Notes under the pieces: model-generated
Seen by the model: the letters and a program-made list of their open reading frames with translations, nothing else
The model's database searches: none
Told to the model about the DNA's origin: nothing
Translations under genes and position numbers: made by a program
Part shown: positions 10,269-19,803 of the stretch, in pieces
Layout: each line of letters begins with the position of its first letter
How positions within the stretch are numbered: position 1 is the first letter of the stretch
Assembly (NCBI GenBank): GCA_033549025.1
Contig: JAWSUS010000010.1
Coordinates: 1 to 64,000, forward strand
Length of the DNA: 64,000 bases
Source of the DNA: Desulfuromonadales bacterium
GTDB lineage: Bacteria; Desulfobacterota; Desulfuromonadia; Desulfuromonadales; SZUA-540
Direction: 5' to 3'

Positions 10269-10436
10269 CGTTGACTCCCTCGTGCGGGGCAGCAGATTCC
10301 CCGTCCCTCAGGGAGGGACGAAGAGGCGTATGGGCAGACGAATCCTCACAGCAGAGGGATGTCCTAAAGTTTGCCGCAGAAGCCTGGGGCTGTCAACGCG
10401 CCCTTGCGAACGAAGTCGCCGCCTGCCAGGCTTGGC

Positions 10437-10925
10437 TTATGGAACCTGAATAGTGATGCAGAGCGCTTCGGCCTCGGCAAAGACCGTATCGCCCTGGCAA
10501 AGGCGGCCCTGCACCTTGACCTTGCGCCCCTGCACGGAGACGATGTCGCTTTCGACGGTGACGACCTGCTCGAGGGGCAGCATGCTGCGGAAGCTGACGT
10601 TGAGATTGCCGACGACCACCGAGTAGCCAGCCGTCCAGGCGGCCAGCCCCAGGACTTCGTCAAAAACGGCGGCCATGGCGCCGCCGTGGGAATGCCCGGG
10701 GGGGCCTTCGGTTTCGGGGCCGAACCAGACCCTTGCCCGCAGCCGCTGCTGGCCGTCGCGATAATAGCGCACGCGATAGCGGTTGCCGTCGGGTTCCCCG
10801 GAGACAAAACGCAGAGAGGCGCCAACCAGCGAAGGGGCGTCAAAGGGGGTCCATTCGGGTTCACCGCCGAGATCGATGGCAGGACAGGGGTTTGCTTTTT
10901 CATTCCGGGGGCTGACGTGTGACAA
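10437..10925 (-). CDS. PaaI-family hotdog thioesterase
   Basis: EGPPGHSHGGAMAAVFDEVLG. Confidence 0.85.
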   Translation of the reverse strand: MSHVSPRNEKANPCPAIDLGGEPEWTPFDAPSLVGASLRFVSGEPDGNRYRVRYYRDGQQRLRARVWFGPETEGPPGHSHGGAMAAVFDEVLGLAAWTAGYSVVVGNLNVSFRSMLPLEQVVTVESDIVSVQGRKVKVQGRLCQGDTVFAEAEALCITIQVP

Positions 10926-11032
10926 GGGCGTGCTCCTTCCAGTTCCGAGAGGGGGGTGTTGGGTCTGGCTCGATAGTAAAAGGATCGATCCCCAAATGCA
11001 ACGATTGTGAAGTCGGGCAGGGGCCTCATCGC

Positions 11033-11059
11033 AAATAAACCGGCCCCTTGCGGGGCCGG
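11033..11059 (-). terminator. Intrinsic terminator downstream of the small ORF
   Basis: Minus strand CCGGCCCC-GCAA-GGGGCCGG-TTTATTT. Confidence 0.7.
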
Positions 11060-11104
11060 CAGTCCGGTTGTTTCCGGTGGACTCAAGAGGCGGTTAATCC
11101 TCGT

Positions 11105-11266
11105 TCAATGCCTGGTCGGTTCGTCCTTCATGTCTTTTTCGTTCGGCATCGTTTTCCCTTCTTTGTGCGGGTGACCGTATCTTTCATCACAGGTTTCACA
11201 GGTGAAGGGGTTCTTGGTTTCCAGTTCCGAAAAAGCGTCCGTGAATCTGTCTTTCATCCCTTTCAT
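11105..11266 (-). CDS. Small hypothetical protein (53 aa) with CxxC and HxH motifs
   Basis: RBS AAAGGAG before MKGMKDRF...FTCETCDERYGHPH, and its own terminator. Confidence 0.55.
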   Translation of the reverse strand: MKGMKDRFTDAFSELETKNPFTCETCDERYGHPHKEGKTMPNEKDMKDEPTRH

Positions 11267-11477
11267 GACCCTTCTCCTTTCTCTCTCTTCAGAGTTCGTT
11301 GACTTTGTATTTACTCTACCATACATGACCATATTTGTCATCTATTGGCCCTGTTTTTGTGGCAAACAGGTGTCGGCAGGCCATCGGGATAATGGTATAG
11401 TTCTGTGATGCCGGCCTGAAGGTCGGCGCCTTAAGTCCAGGCACAAATTCCAGTTTGAAAAAGGAAAGGATTTTTCG

Positions 11478-12110
11478 GTGAAACGACTCGGCCGTATCAT
11501 GTTTCAGGGCTTGGCCGCCATTCTGCCGGCGGCTCTGACCATCTATATTCTGTTCTGGTCTGCCACCACCGCTGAAAAACTTCTGGGCGGGGTCATCCAG
11601 ATGATCGTGCCCGAAGGCTTCTACGTGCCGGGCATGGGCCTGTTGGCCGGTGTTTTCGCCATCTTCCTGCTGGGGCTGGCTCTCAATGCCTTTCTGGTGC
11701 GGCGCTTGTTTAATTTCAGCGAATCGTTGATGAACCGCATCCCTCTGGTCAAGACGCTCTACGGGTCGGTGAAGGATTTCGTCGGCTTCTTCTCCCAGCA
11801 GAGAAACCGGGAGTTCAATCAGGTGGTGACCCTTGAATTGAATGTGGGGGGGATGCCCATGCGCTTCCTCGGATTTGTCACCCGTACCGATTTTAACGAT
11901 CTCCCCGAGGGGATCGGGCAGGAGGGGGAGGTGGCCGTCTATCTTCCCCTGTCCTACCAGATTGGGGGCTATACGGTCATGGTGCCGCGCTCGGCAGTGA
12001 AGCCGGTGGATATCTCCATGCAGCGAGCCATGGGCTTTGCGGTGACTGCCGGCATGTTTACTGAAAAGGGCCGTCCCGCTCCCCCGCAGAAGCCTCTGAG
12101 CTCTCTCTAG
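11478..12110 (+). CDS. DUF502-family membrane protein
   Basis: RIPLVKTLYGSVKD, GFVT, VAVYLPLSYQIGGY. Confidence 0.88.
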   Translation: MKRLGRIMFQGLAAILPAALTIYILFWSATTAEKLLGGVIQMIVPEGFYVPGMGLLAGVFAIFLLGLALNAFLVRRLFNFSESLMNRIPLVKTLYGSVKDFVGFFSQQRNREFNQVVTLELNVGGMPMRFLGFVTRTDFNDLPEGIGQEGEVAVYLPLSYQIGGYTVMVPRSAVKPVDISMQRAMGFAVTAGMFTEKGRPAPPQKPLSSL

Positions 12111-12237
12111 CGGACACTGGTTTTACCCGCAGGTCTCTGAAAGCCGGCCAGCGGCATGATATTCTTAGAAAAATCAAACGGACTTGCCCTCATCCAGGCG
12201 ATGAAACCTGTTCTGCATTTTTTCAAGAAGGAGAATC

Positions 12238-14604
12238 ATGGGTCTTTTCCAAGCTTCTTCAAAACAGAGGGTTCCCTTTGTGTTTACCCTCATGGGGTGC
12301 CTTCTGCTGTGGCTGCCTGCCGTGGTCGAGGCCGATCCCGGACGGCCAGCTGCTGTCGCCGTCAGGGTGGCGGTCCTGAGCAACTCTCCCCCTCTGCAGT
12401 TTTATGACCCAGGCCAGAACAGGGCCGCCGGCTTTGCCATCGATGTTTTCGAAGAAGTGGCAAGGCGGCAGGGTTTCAAGCCCACCTACGTTTTTGGCGA
12501 CACCTGGTCGGAGGTTATCGCGCTGGTCAGCAAAGGGCAGGCCGATGTGGCGGCCAGCCTGGCGGTCAGCGAAGAGCGTCAGCAACAGCTTGTCTTCAGC
12601 GAAAGTATCGACAGTACCCCTGTCTCCGTTTTTGTCCGTGCTCGCGATGCAGAGGTGACGGGCCTGGAACCGGGTACGCGGGTAGGGACCACGGAAGGCA
12701 GCTTCATTCTCGCCCATCTCCAGAAGATCCCCGGTTTGGACATCCGCTCCTATAAAAGCGTGCCGGAAGGTCTTTTCGCGTTGCTGGCCGGCCGGGAGGA
12801 TGCCTTTGTCGCCGGAGAGAACCTTTTTCTCAAGGAAGTCCGCGACGCCCAACTGGAGGACCGCATCCGCATCCTTGGAAAGCCCCTACTCAACAGCAAG
12901 CGGGCCATGGCTGTGGCCCCGAATAATCCTGCCTTGCTCGAAAAGCTTAATGAGGGCATTCGCGACTTGATCGCCTCGCCGCAATATCGGGAGATTTATA
13001 CCCGCTGGTACGGAAAGCCTGCCCCCTACTGGACGGTAAAGCGCATTCTGGTGCTGATGTCGGCTCTGCTGGCGGTCACCATTGTCGGTTTGCTTTACTG
13101 GCGCTATCGGACCGTGAATCAGCTGCATGAGGCCCTGAGTGAGAGTGAGGAGCGGTTGCGTCAGGCCATGGATGCGACCAGCGACGGGCTGTGGGCCTGG
13201 GACCTGGCGAACGGGCAGGTCTATTTCAACCCCAATTATTATCGGATGCTCGGTTTTGCGCCTGGAGAATTTCCCGCCGATATGGCGAGCTGGCAGGAAC
13301 GTCTCCATCCCGATGACCGGCAGGATACGCTGGCGGCCTTCGAAGCCTGCCGCGCCAGGAGGGGGGAGCGCTTTGAGCACGAGTTTCGCCTGCAGGACAA
13401 AGACGGTGGCTGGGTCTGGGTGCTCGGACGCGGCGAAGCCATTCAGCGAGGCGAGGACGGACAGGCGCTGAAAATGATCGGTACCCATGTCAACATCACC
13501 GCGCTCAAAGAGGCGGAAGAGACAGTGCGGGAAGCTCTGCGGGACGCGGAGGCCTCCCGGGACCGGGTCAATGCCATTCTTGAGTCGGTGCCGGACGCTC
13601 TGATTGTGGCGAATCAGGAAAGGCGCCTGGTCCTGATGAACCAGGAAGCGGAAAAGCTCTTTGGGAAAACGGAGCAGAATCTCAAAGGACAGCCACTGGA
13701 TGAAATCTTTCGCGACCCGGTGCTGCTTGGCGTGGTTGGCGGTGAGGGAACCCGGCAGGAAAGCATCCGGGTGGCCTATGTGGATCTGCCCCATCCTGAA
13801 CTTGGCGGTATCCACCACTATCAGGCCATTTCCTCGGCTGTCCAGGGAAGGTTGGGCCAAGGCTCGGGCGTTGTTACCCTGCTGCGCGATATAACAAGAG
13901 AGCGGGAAGTCGATCGCATGAAGAGCGAATTCATCTCGATTGCGGCCCATGAACTGAAAACCCCGCTGACGTCCATCATCGGTTACGCCGATCTGCTGCT
14001 GCGCGAGGATGACCTGGGACCATTCACCGACGAGCAGCGTCAGGAATTTCTCACCTATATTCAGCAGAAAGGGGATTTGCTGGAACATCTGGTCGATGAT
14101 CTGCTTAACCTCAGCCGTATCGAGGCAGGGCGCCCCATTGTGCTCGACAAGCAGCCCTGTAATCTGACCGACCTTATCCGCTCTCTCATTCCGCATCATC
14201 AGCGCGAGACAGACCGTCATCACATTAAAGTCGAACTGCCTGCAGAACCGGTGATTCTGGAGGTGGATCGCGGTAAAATTGAACAGATTTTCGATAACCT
14301 GCTTAGCAATGCGATAAAATACTCGCCGGACGGCGGCGCCATACACATCGATGGCGAACGCCTGGAAGCTGAGTTTGAGGTGAGAATCGAAGATGAGGGC
14401 ATCGGCATGACGGCCGAGCAGGCGGAGAGAGTTTTCGAGAAGTTCTACCGAGCCAACTATCAGGACACGGCGGTGGGCGGCTTGGGTTTGGGCATGAGTA
14501 TCGTCCGTTCCCTGGTCGAAGCCCATAACGGCAAGATCTGGGTAGAAAGCGAGCTGGGCCGGGGAACCCGTGTCTTTGTCCGGCTGCCGCTGGGCTCAGC
14601 CTGA
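12238..14604 (+). CDS. Sensor histidine kinase (periplasmic SBP family 3 domain, TM, two PAS domains, HisKA, HATPase)
   Basis: AGFAIDVF...GQADV (SBP), PAS ..LHPDD..GTHVNIT, AAHELKTPL, NAIKYS, GLGLG. Confidence 0.92.
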   Translation: MGLFQASSKQRVPFVFTLMGCLLLWLPAVVEADPGRPAAVAVRVAVLSNSPPLQFYDPGQNRAAGFAIDVFEEVARRQGFKPTYVFGDTWSEVIALVSKGQADVAASLAVSEERQQQLVFSESIDSTPVSVFVRARDAEVTGLEPGTRVGTTEGSFILAHLQKIPGLDIRSYKSVPEGLFALLAGREDAFVAGENLFLKEVRDAQLEDRIRILGKPLLNSKRAMAVAPNNPALLEKLNEGIRDLIASPQYREIYTRWYGKPAPYWTVKRILVLMSALLAVTIVGLLYWRYRTVNQLHEALSESEERLRQAMDATSDGLWAWDLANGQVYFNPNYYRMLGFAPGEFPADMASWQERLHPDDRQDTLAAFEACRARRGERFEHEFRLQDKDGGWVWVLGRGEAIQRGEDGQALKMIGTHVNITALKEAEETVREALRDAEASRDRVNAILESVPDALIVANQERRLVLMNQEAEKLFGKTEQNLKGQPLDEIFRDPVLLGVVGGEGTRQESIRVAYVDLPHPELGGIHHYQAISSAVQGRLGQGSGVVTLLRDITREREVDRMKSEFISIAAHELKTPLTSIIGYADLLLREDDLGPFTDEQRQEFLTYIQQKGDLLEHLVDDLLNLSRIEAGRPIVLDKQPCNLTDLIRSLIPHHQRETDRHHIKVELPAEPVILEVDRGKIEQIFDNLLSNAIKYSPDGGAIHIDGERLEAEFEVRIEDEGIGMTAEQAERVFEKFYRANYQDTAVGGLGLGMSIVRSLVEAHNGKIWVESELGRGTRVFVRLPLGSA

Positions 14605-14619
14605 AAAAAGGAGGAAGTT

Positions 14620-15090
14620 ATGAAGCGTTGTCATCAGGTTCTACCGCTATTTTCCCTTGTCGTTGTTTTGCTGGCGCTGACCGCCTGCATGCCCGAGAGC
14701 CGGGCCGGCAAAACCTACAGCCGGGATCAGGCCCAGACCAGCCAGTCCGTCTATTACGGGGTGGTGCTCAGAGTTGAAGACGTTACCATTGAAGGAACCC
14801 AGACCGGGGCCGGCACCGTCGGTGGCGCCGCCATGGGCGGCGTGCTCGGTTCGGCGGTCGGCAGCGGCGCCGGGCGTTCCATCGCCACGGTCGGCGGGGC
14901 CATTGTCGGCGCTCTGGCCGGTTCGGCAGCCGAAAAAGGGGTGACGACCAAAGACGCCCAGGAGATTGAGGTCAGCCTCGATAACGGTGAAATCCTGATC
15001 GTCGTGCAGGAAAAAGACGAGGCCTTTGTGGTTGGCGACCGTGTCCGTGTCATTCGTGGACCCGACGGCACCACGCGGGTAAGACAGTAA
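14620..15090 (+). CDS. SlyB-like glycine-zipper outer membrane lipoprotein
   Basis: Lipobox LTAC, glycine zipper GGAAMGGVLGSAVGSG, VGDRVRV. Confidence 0.88.
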   Translation: MKRCHQVLPLFSLVVVLLALTACMPESRAGKTYSRDQAQTSQSVYYGVVLRVEDVTIEGTQTGAGTVGGAAMGGVLGSAVGSGAGRSIATVGGAIVGALAGSAAEKGVTTKDAQEIEVSLDNGEILIVVQEKDEAFVVGDRVRVIRGPDGTTRVRQ

Positions 15091-15193
15091 CGCAAACGCC
15101 GCATTGACTTTGGCTGGTGGAAGGACTATCTTTCGGCGCGGTTTTGGGCCGGAGTGGCCAAGGTGTAAAGGGTTTTATTACTAGTCGTAAAGG

Positions 15194-16285
15194 ATGCAGA
15201 CATTGAGTTTCATGACGTGGATCTTGCTGCTGGCCGGCTTTGCCCTGCTGGTGGCCGGGGCTGAATTTCTGGTACGCGGCGCGGCCTCTCTGGCCATGGA
15301 TTTCGGGATTTCTCCCCTGGTGGTCGGCCTGACCGTGGTGGCTTTCGGCACCAGTTCGCCGGAACTGGCGGTCAGTGTCTTCTCCTCCCTCAAGGGGCAG
15401 GCCGGTCTCGCCCTCGGCAACGTGGTGGGCAGCAATATCTGCAACGTGCTCGTGATTCTGGGCCTGTCGGCGCTGGTTGCCCCTCTGGTGGTATCCCGCC
15501 AGGTGGTCCGCCTTGAAGTGCCCATCATGATCGGGGTGTCCTTTCTGCTGGTTGGGATGGTGCTGGACGGTTCACTGGCGCGTTGGGAAGGGATGCTCCT
15601 TTTCTTTGGCGCGATCGTTTACACCGGCTGGACGGTCAGACGAAGCCTGCAGGAGAACAAGCAGAAACCGGTAGACGACGAGGTGGATAACGATATCGTG
15701 CCGTCTTCCCGGCCCATGCAGATCGTGCAGATTGTCGGCGGCCTGGCCTTGCTGGGTCTGGGCTCCCGCTGGCTGGTGCAGGGCGCGGTGACTATCGCCC
15801 AGCACTTCGGGGTCAGCGATCTGGTTATCGGTCTAACCGTTGTCGCCATCGGCACTTCTCTGCCCGAGCTGGCCACCTCGGTGCTGGCCAGCATCCGGGG
15901 TCAGCGCGACATCGCCGTTGGCAACGTGGTCGGCAGCAACATCTTCAATATCCTGGTCGTTCTCGGCCTCACCGCCGCTGTGGTGCCTGGCGGGGTGCCG
16001 GTGCCCCGTTCGGCGCTGACCTTCGATTTGTCCGTCATGCTGGCCGTCGCCGTGGCCTGCCTCCCCATCTTTCTCACCGGCCACCGCATCGCCCGTCGCG
16101 AAGGGGCGCTCTTCTTCGCCTATTACGGCATCTATGCGGCCTTTTTGATCATGACGGCCATGGAGCATGAGGCCAAACCGCTTTTTGTGCAGGCCGTCCT
16201 CATCTTCGTCATCCCGCTGACCCTGGTGACCCTCGGCATCTCCCTGTGGCGACATTTTCGGGTGGTGCCCTACGGTAAGGATTAA
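15194..16285 (+). CDS. Calcium/sodium antiporter (YrbG/CaCA family)
   Basis: Two alpha repeats: GTSSPE...GNVVGSN and GTSLPE...GNVVGSN. Confidence 0.94.
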   Translation: MQTLSFMTWILLLAGFALLVAGAEFLVRGAASLAMDFGISPLVVGLTVVAFGTSSPELAVSVFSSLKGQAGLALGNVVGSNICNVLVILGLSALVAPLVVSRQVVRLEVPIMIGVSFLLVGMVLDGSLARWEGMLLFFGAIVYTGWTVRRSLQENKQKPVDDEVDNDIVPSSRPMQIVQIVGGLALLGLGSRWLVQGAVTIAQHFGVSDLVIGLTVVAIGTSLPELATSVLASIRGQRDIAVGNVVGSNIFNILVVLGLTAAVVPGGVPVPRSALTFDLSVMLAVAVACLPIFLTGHRIARREGALFFAYYGIYAAFLIMTAMEHEAKPLFVQAVLIFVIPLTLVTLGISLWRHFRVVPYGKD

Positions 16286-16356
16286 TTTTTCGCCAAAAAT
16301 CCGAAATGTGCTAAGGTGACAATCTTCGAGACCCCTCTAGCCAAGGAAAATGCGCG

Positions 16357-17007
16357 ATGATCAAAGCTCGATTCGCCCTGCTGACCTTGTTTCTTGCCCT
16401 GCTCAGTCTGCCGGCTTTCGCCCAGGACGAAGGCTTCTATATCGCCGGCAGCTACGGTGCTCTACTGGTCAACGAATCCGACGGTGAAAAACCATCCGGG
16501 GATTTTGCCGTGGACTTCGATGCGGGCAACGCTCTGACCTTCGCCCTGGGCTACGATTTCGGCACCAAGCATCCCGAAATCGGCGTAGGGCGATTGGAAC
16601 TGGAACTGGCGGTACGTGAAGTTCCGCTAAAAGAAACGGACTTCACCGGCGTCCTGGCCACCGCCGAAGGCGACCTGGAAGTCCGCAGCCTCATGCTCAA
16701 CTCCTTCGGAGAATCACGGGACAATCTCCCCTGGATCCCCTATATCGGTCTGGGGGTCGGTGTGGCCGAAATGCGTCTTGAAAACGCGATCGCCGCCGGC
16801 GCGCCTTTTGTCGACGATACCGACGTCGTCTTTGCCTTCCAGGCTGGCGCCGGCGTCGGTTTCATGGTCAGCGACCCCTTGACCCTCGATTTCGGCTACC
16901 GTTTTCAGGGGACAACCAAACCCGAGTTTACCGCCGCCAACGGCGAGAAATTCGAACTGGAGCATTACAGCCATCTTTTTCTGGTGGGAGCGCGCGTTAC
17001 CTTTTAA
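16357..17007 (+). CDS. Outer membrane beta-barrel protein (OmpA-like/porin family)
   Basis: Signal peptide ending AFA, PYIGLGVG, FQAGAGVG, DFGYR, C-terminal Phe. Confidence 0.85.
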   Translation: MIKARFALLTLFLALLSLPAFAQDEGFYIAGSYGALLVNESDGEKPSGDFAVDFDAGNALTFALGYDFGTKHPEIGVGRLELELAVREVPLKETDFTGVLATAEGDLEVRSLMLNSFGESRDNLPWIPYIGLGVGVAEMRLENAIAAGAPFVDDTDVVFAFQAGAGVGFMVSDPLTLDFGYRFQGTTKPEFTAANGEKFELEHYSHLFLVGARVTF

Positions 17008-17650
17008 GAACGTACCTCTCTTTGTTGGCGAGAGTTGCAAGGCCTAACTCTCTCTTTCCTCCATCGATTTTTCTTCTGGCCAGCCAAGCGCCGGCCAGTC
17101 CTCCCGCCAGATGAGCCAGCGGCGCCGGTTCAAAAGGCTGTGTGCCCAGACTATGCAGCAGGCTTCCGCCGAAAGATACCTCCCAGAAAAGCTTTATGAC
17201 CAGAGCGATTAGCCCCAGTTGACTGAGGATCTTCAATGGCTCCCTATCATTCAGCCCCATAACGCAAATAAAGGCAAACTGGGCTGTCACCAGACCGGAC
17301 AACCCACCATAGAAATCCATGCGAGGTATAAAAATAAGGAGGCTGATGCTGATAGCCAGGGTTGAGGTAAGCCACAGCCTCGGAAGGCAATGGCTGCCAA
17401 AACGGCTGAACACCCAGCCACTAGCGCCTAGCGCCAGCAGGTTGGCCACTAGGTGCTCGTGTGAAAAGTGCACGAAATGGCCACTCACGAGCCGCCACCA
17501 CTCACCCCTGAGAATCCCCTGGCGATCATAGATGAACAACGCAGCCAGGTCCGGCAACAGGGTCGTGGCCAGGCTGAAAAAGCCCCCCGCTGCCAGCAGC
17601 CAGAGAGCCGGCGGTGCTTTTCCTAGCTCTTTTTGCGGCGATCGGCCCAC
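16997..17650 (-). CDS. rrtA: Rhombosortase (rhomboid-family intramembrane protease)
   Basis: YDR..I..GEWWRLVSGHFVH, HLVAN, YGGLSG, AHLAG. Lies directly downstream of a GlyGly-CTERM target. Confidence 0.88.
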   Translation of the reverse strand: MGRSPQKELGKAPPALWLLAAGGFFSLATTLLPDLAALFIYDRQGILRGEWWRLVSGHFVHFSHEHLVANLLALGASGWVFSRFGSHCLPRLWLTSTLAISISLLIFIPRMDFYGGLSGLVTAQFAFICVMGLNDREPLKILSQLGLIALVIKLFWEVSFGGSLLHSLGTQPFEPAPLAHLAGGLAGAWLARRKIDGGKRELGLATLANKERYVLKR

Positions 17651-18491
17651 CAGAATCCTCCCGCCAAAATCAGAGCCAGACCTAATAGGACCTCATCGGT
17701 AGCCCCTCCTCCGGTATAGCCGGGTCGATGCACTATTTTGACTTCTTCCGGGCTGGAGCGGACCTTCTCTTGGAACAGTTCCAGCTGCTGTCGCAGATTG
17801 ACAATCAGATCCTCCGACGCCCTTTCAAAGCCTAGCAGCGAATCCGTTCGCAGTTGCTCGCTTAAATTGACAGGAGTGGCCGTTCCTTCCACATGGCTGA
17901 GCCCCGGTGCGCGAAAGAGCATTTTGCGGCTGGGTATATCATAAACTGCGGCATCAAGCATGGTGCTGGTATCATTTTTTTCACCCTTGACCAGATAGGC
18001 GCCTACCAGGGTCCAATAGCTCAGCGACAGTAGCCCCTCATCCGTGTGCTGAACCTGGTCGTATGAGAGTAGGGCGATGACGTCGATGCCGTACATGGTT
18101 CGAATCTGGTCCAGATTGGTAAAACCGCCTTCGGCCTGCAGGTGTAAGGTGAAGGGATCTGTTCGATGCTTTCTACGAACGGATAATGGCGAAACTCGGC
18201 GCTGATTTTCTTCATCAGGTCCATCTTGTTCTTTTCATTCAACTGGGAGATGTTGCCAAACTTCCCTTCTGGTACAAAGGCCACGCCGACCCGCAGAGGA
18301 AGATGAAGGGTCGGCAGCGCCGCGACCTCCATCGGTTCACTCTTGTCGGGATAGAGGTATTGAACGACGCTGCTGGTGTGATGGCGCTGGGTTCCGATCA
18401 TACACCCGCCAAGAATGAGAGCCACAATAACCAGGGCAGGCAGTATCCGACCTGAAAAGGCACCGAATGGACTCCATCTAAAAGTTCCCAT
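17623..18491 (-). pseudogene. rhlP: Rhombotarget lipoprotein with GlyGly-CTERM tail, split by a 2-nt frameshift
   Basis: 5' part: lipobox LGGC, SSVVQYLYP, PLRVGVAFVP. 3' part: DVIALLSYDQVQ, YWTLVGAYLVKG, GGG-TM-RRKK. Removing the duplicated AC (GTGT on the plus strand, 18142-18145) gives one 288-aa frame. Confidence 0.85.
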
Positions 18492-18762
18492 AATATCCCC
18501 CTGAAATATGTGTCATAGGCGGTTTTGGCACGAAAAAACTCGAAAATCAACAGACTTCATCTCCATTGAGTTTATTGTGAAAACGGGTAATTGCAATGTG
18601 CAAGCGCTCAAAGGCGTGATCTGAACAAGTCGGCGGGTGTAGGGAAATCTTTTTTTAGTTACATATTAAGAGGGTGTGACCATCTTCCTCTGGCGGAAAA
18701 CATTCTTGCTTTTCCTCTGATTTCATGGTACTTCTTTCGCCCGGTTTATCTAGGAAAAATGT

Positions 18763-18839
18763 CGGGGCGTAGCGCAGCCTGGTAGCGCACCTGCTTCGGG
18801 AGCAGGGGGTCGAAGGTTCAAATCCTTTCGCCCCGACCA
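18763..18839 (+). tRNA. tRNA-Pro (anticodon CGG)
   Basis: CGGGGCG acceptor stem, D-arm GCGCAGCCTGGTAGCGC, anticodon loop TTCGGGA, T-loop GGTTCAAATCC, encoded CCA; 77 nt. Confidence 0.97.
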
Positions 18840-18846
18840 TTTATAC

Positions 18847-18889
18847 AAAGCAAAACGGCCACCCCAACTGGAGTGGCCGTTTTGCTTTT
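18847..18889. terminator. Bidirectional intrinsic terminator
   Basis: AAAGCAAAACGGCCAC...GTGGCCGTTTTGCTTTT. Confidence 0.85.
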
Positions 18890-18929
18890 GGGCTTGAGCA
18901 CAAGGTGGCTCGTTGAACTTATTGGCCTT

Positions 18930-19664
18930 TTACGGAAGATAGGTGGCGAATTGTTTTTCGACCCCTTTGGGGTCTTTGGCCAGCATGGCGCTGACCTCTT
19001 TGGACATGGGATCGGGAAAAATGTATTCGTCACCGGCTTCAACGCCGTTGCAGATCGTGAAGGCGACTTCTTGTGATGTGGCCTTGGGCATGTCCTGACC
19101 GGCCGTCATGGCGGTATCGACCGGACCCGGATAAATGCCGATGACCTGGATATTCTGTGGACTGAGTTCGGCCCGAATTCCCTGAATCATCGAATGCACG
19201 GCGGCTTTCGAGGCGCAGTAGGTGCCGTTGGCCGGCAGATTGACCAGCCCGATAATGGAGCAGACGTTGGCGATCAGACCCCCTCCCCGTGCTTTGAGCA
19301 GGGGCGCGAAGGCCTGACACATGGCCAGGGTGCCGAAATAGTTGATGCCCATCTCCAGGCGGGCAGCCTGCAGGGCTTCTGGGCTCATCAAGCTGGTGAC
19401 GCGATTGCAGCCGGCGTTGTTGAACAACAGGTCGATATCGGGGCAGTGAGCGGCAGCGGCGGCAATGCTGGCCTCGTCGGTAATATCGAGTTGAACCGGC
19501 ACGACCTTTTCGGCGTCAAGCTGGGTCAGCGCCTTGGCCGATTCCACTCTGCGGACAGCGGCATATATCTTGGCCGCGCCTCTTTTCAGAAGCTCTCTCA
19601 CCAAGGCTTCCCCGATGCCGCCGTTGGCGCCGCTGACAAAAGCCGTTTTCCCTTGAATCTGCAT
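18930..19664 (-). CDS. Short-chain dehydrogenase/reductase
   Basis: SGANGGIG, NNAG, YCASK. Start MQIQGK with RBS AAAGGA. Confidence 0.92.
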   Translation of the reverse strand: MQIQGKTAFVSGANGGIGEALVRELLKRGAAKIYAAVRRVESAKALTQLDAEKVVPVQLDITDEASIAAAAAHCPDIDLLFNNAGCNRVTSLMSPEALQAARLEMGINYFGTLAMCQAFAPLLKARGGGLIANVCSIIGLVNLPANGTYCASKAAVHSMIQGIRAELSPQNIQVIGIYPGPVDTAMTAGQDMPKATSQEVAFTICNGVEAGDEYIFPDPMSKEVSAMLAKDPKGVEKQFATYLP

Positions 19665-19803
19665 GATGAATTTCCTTTCTGTCGAAGAGTAAGACTTACC
19701 ATAGATTTCTTTTTGCCAAGCGTCAACCCGTGCGAGTCTGCTGTGCCTTGATGTGCGTCTGGTATATTGGGGGAGTGAACAGCTGCTTTGAAAGGAGACA
19801 GGG

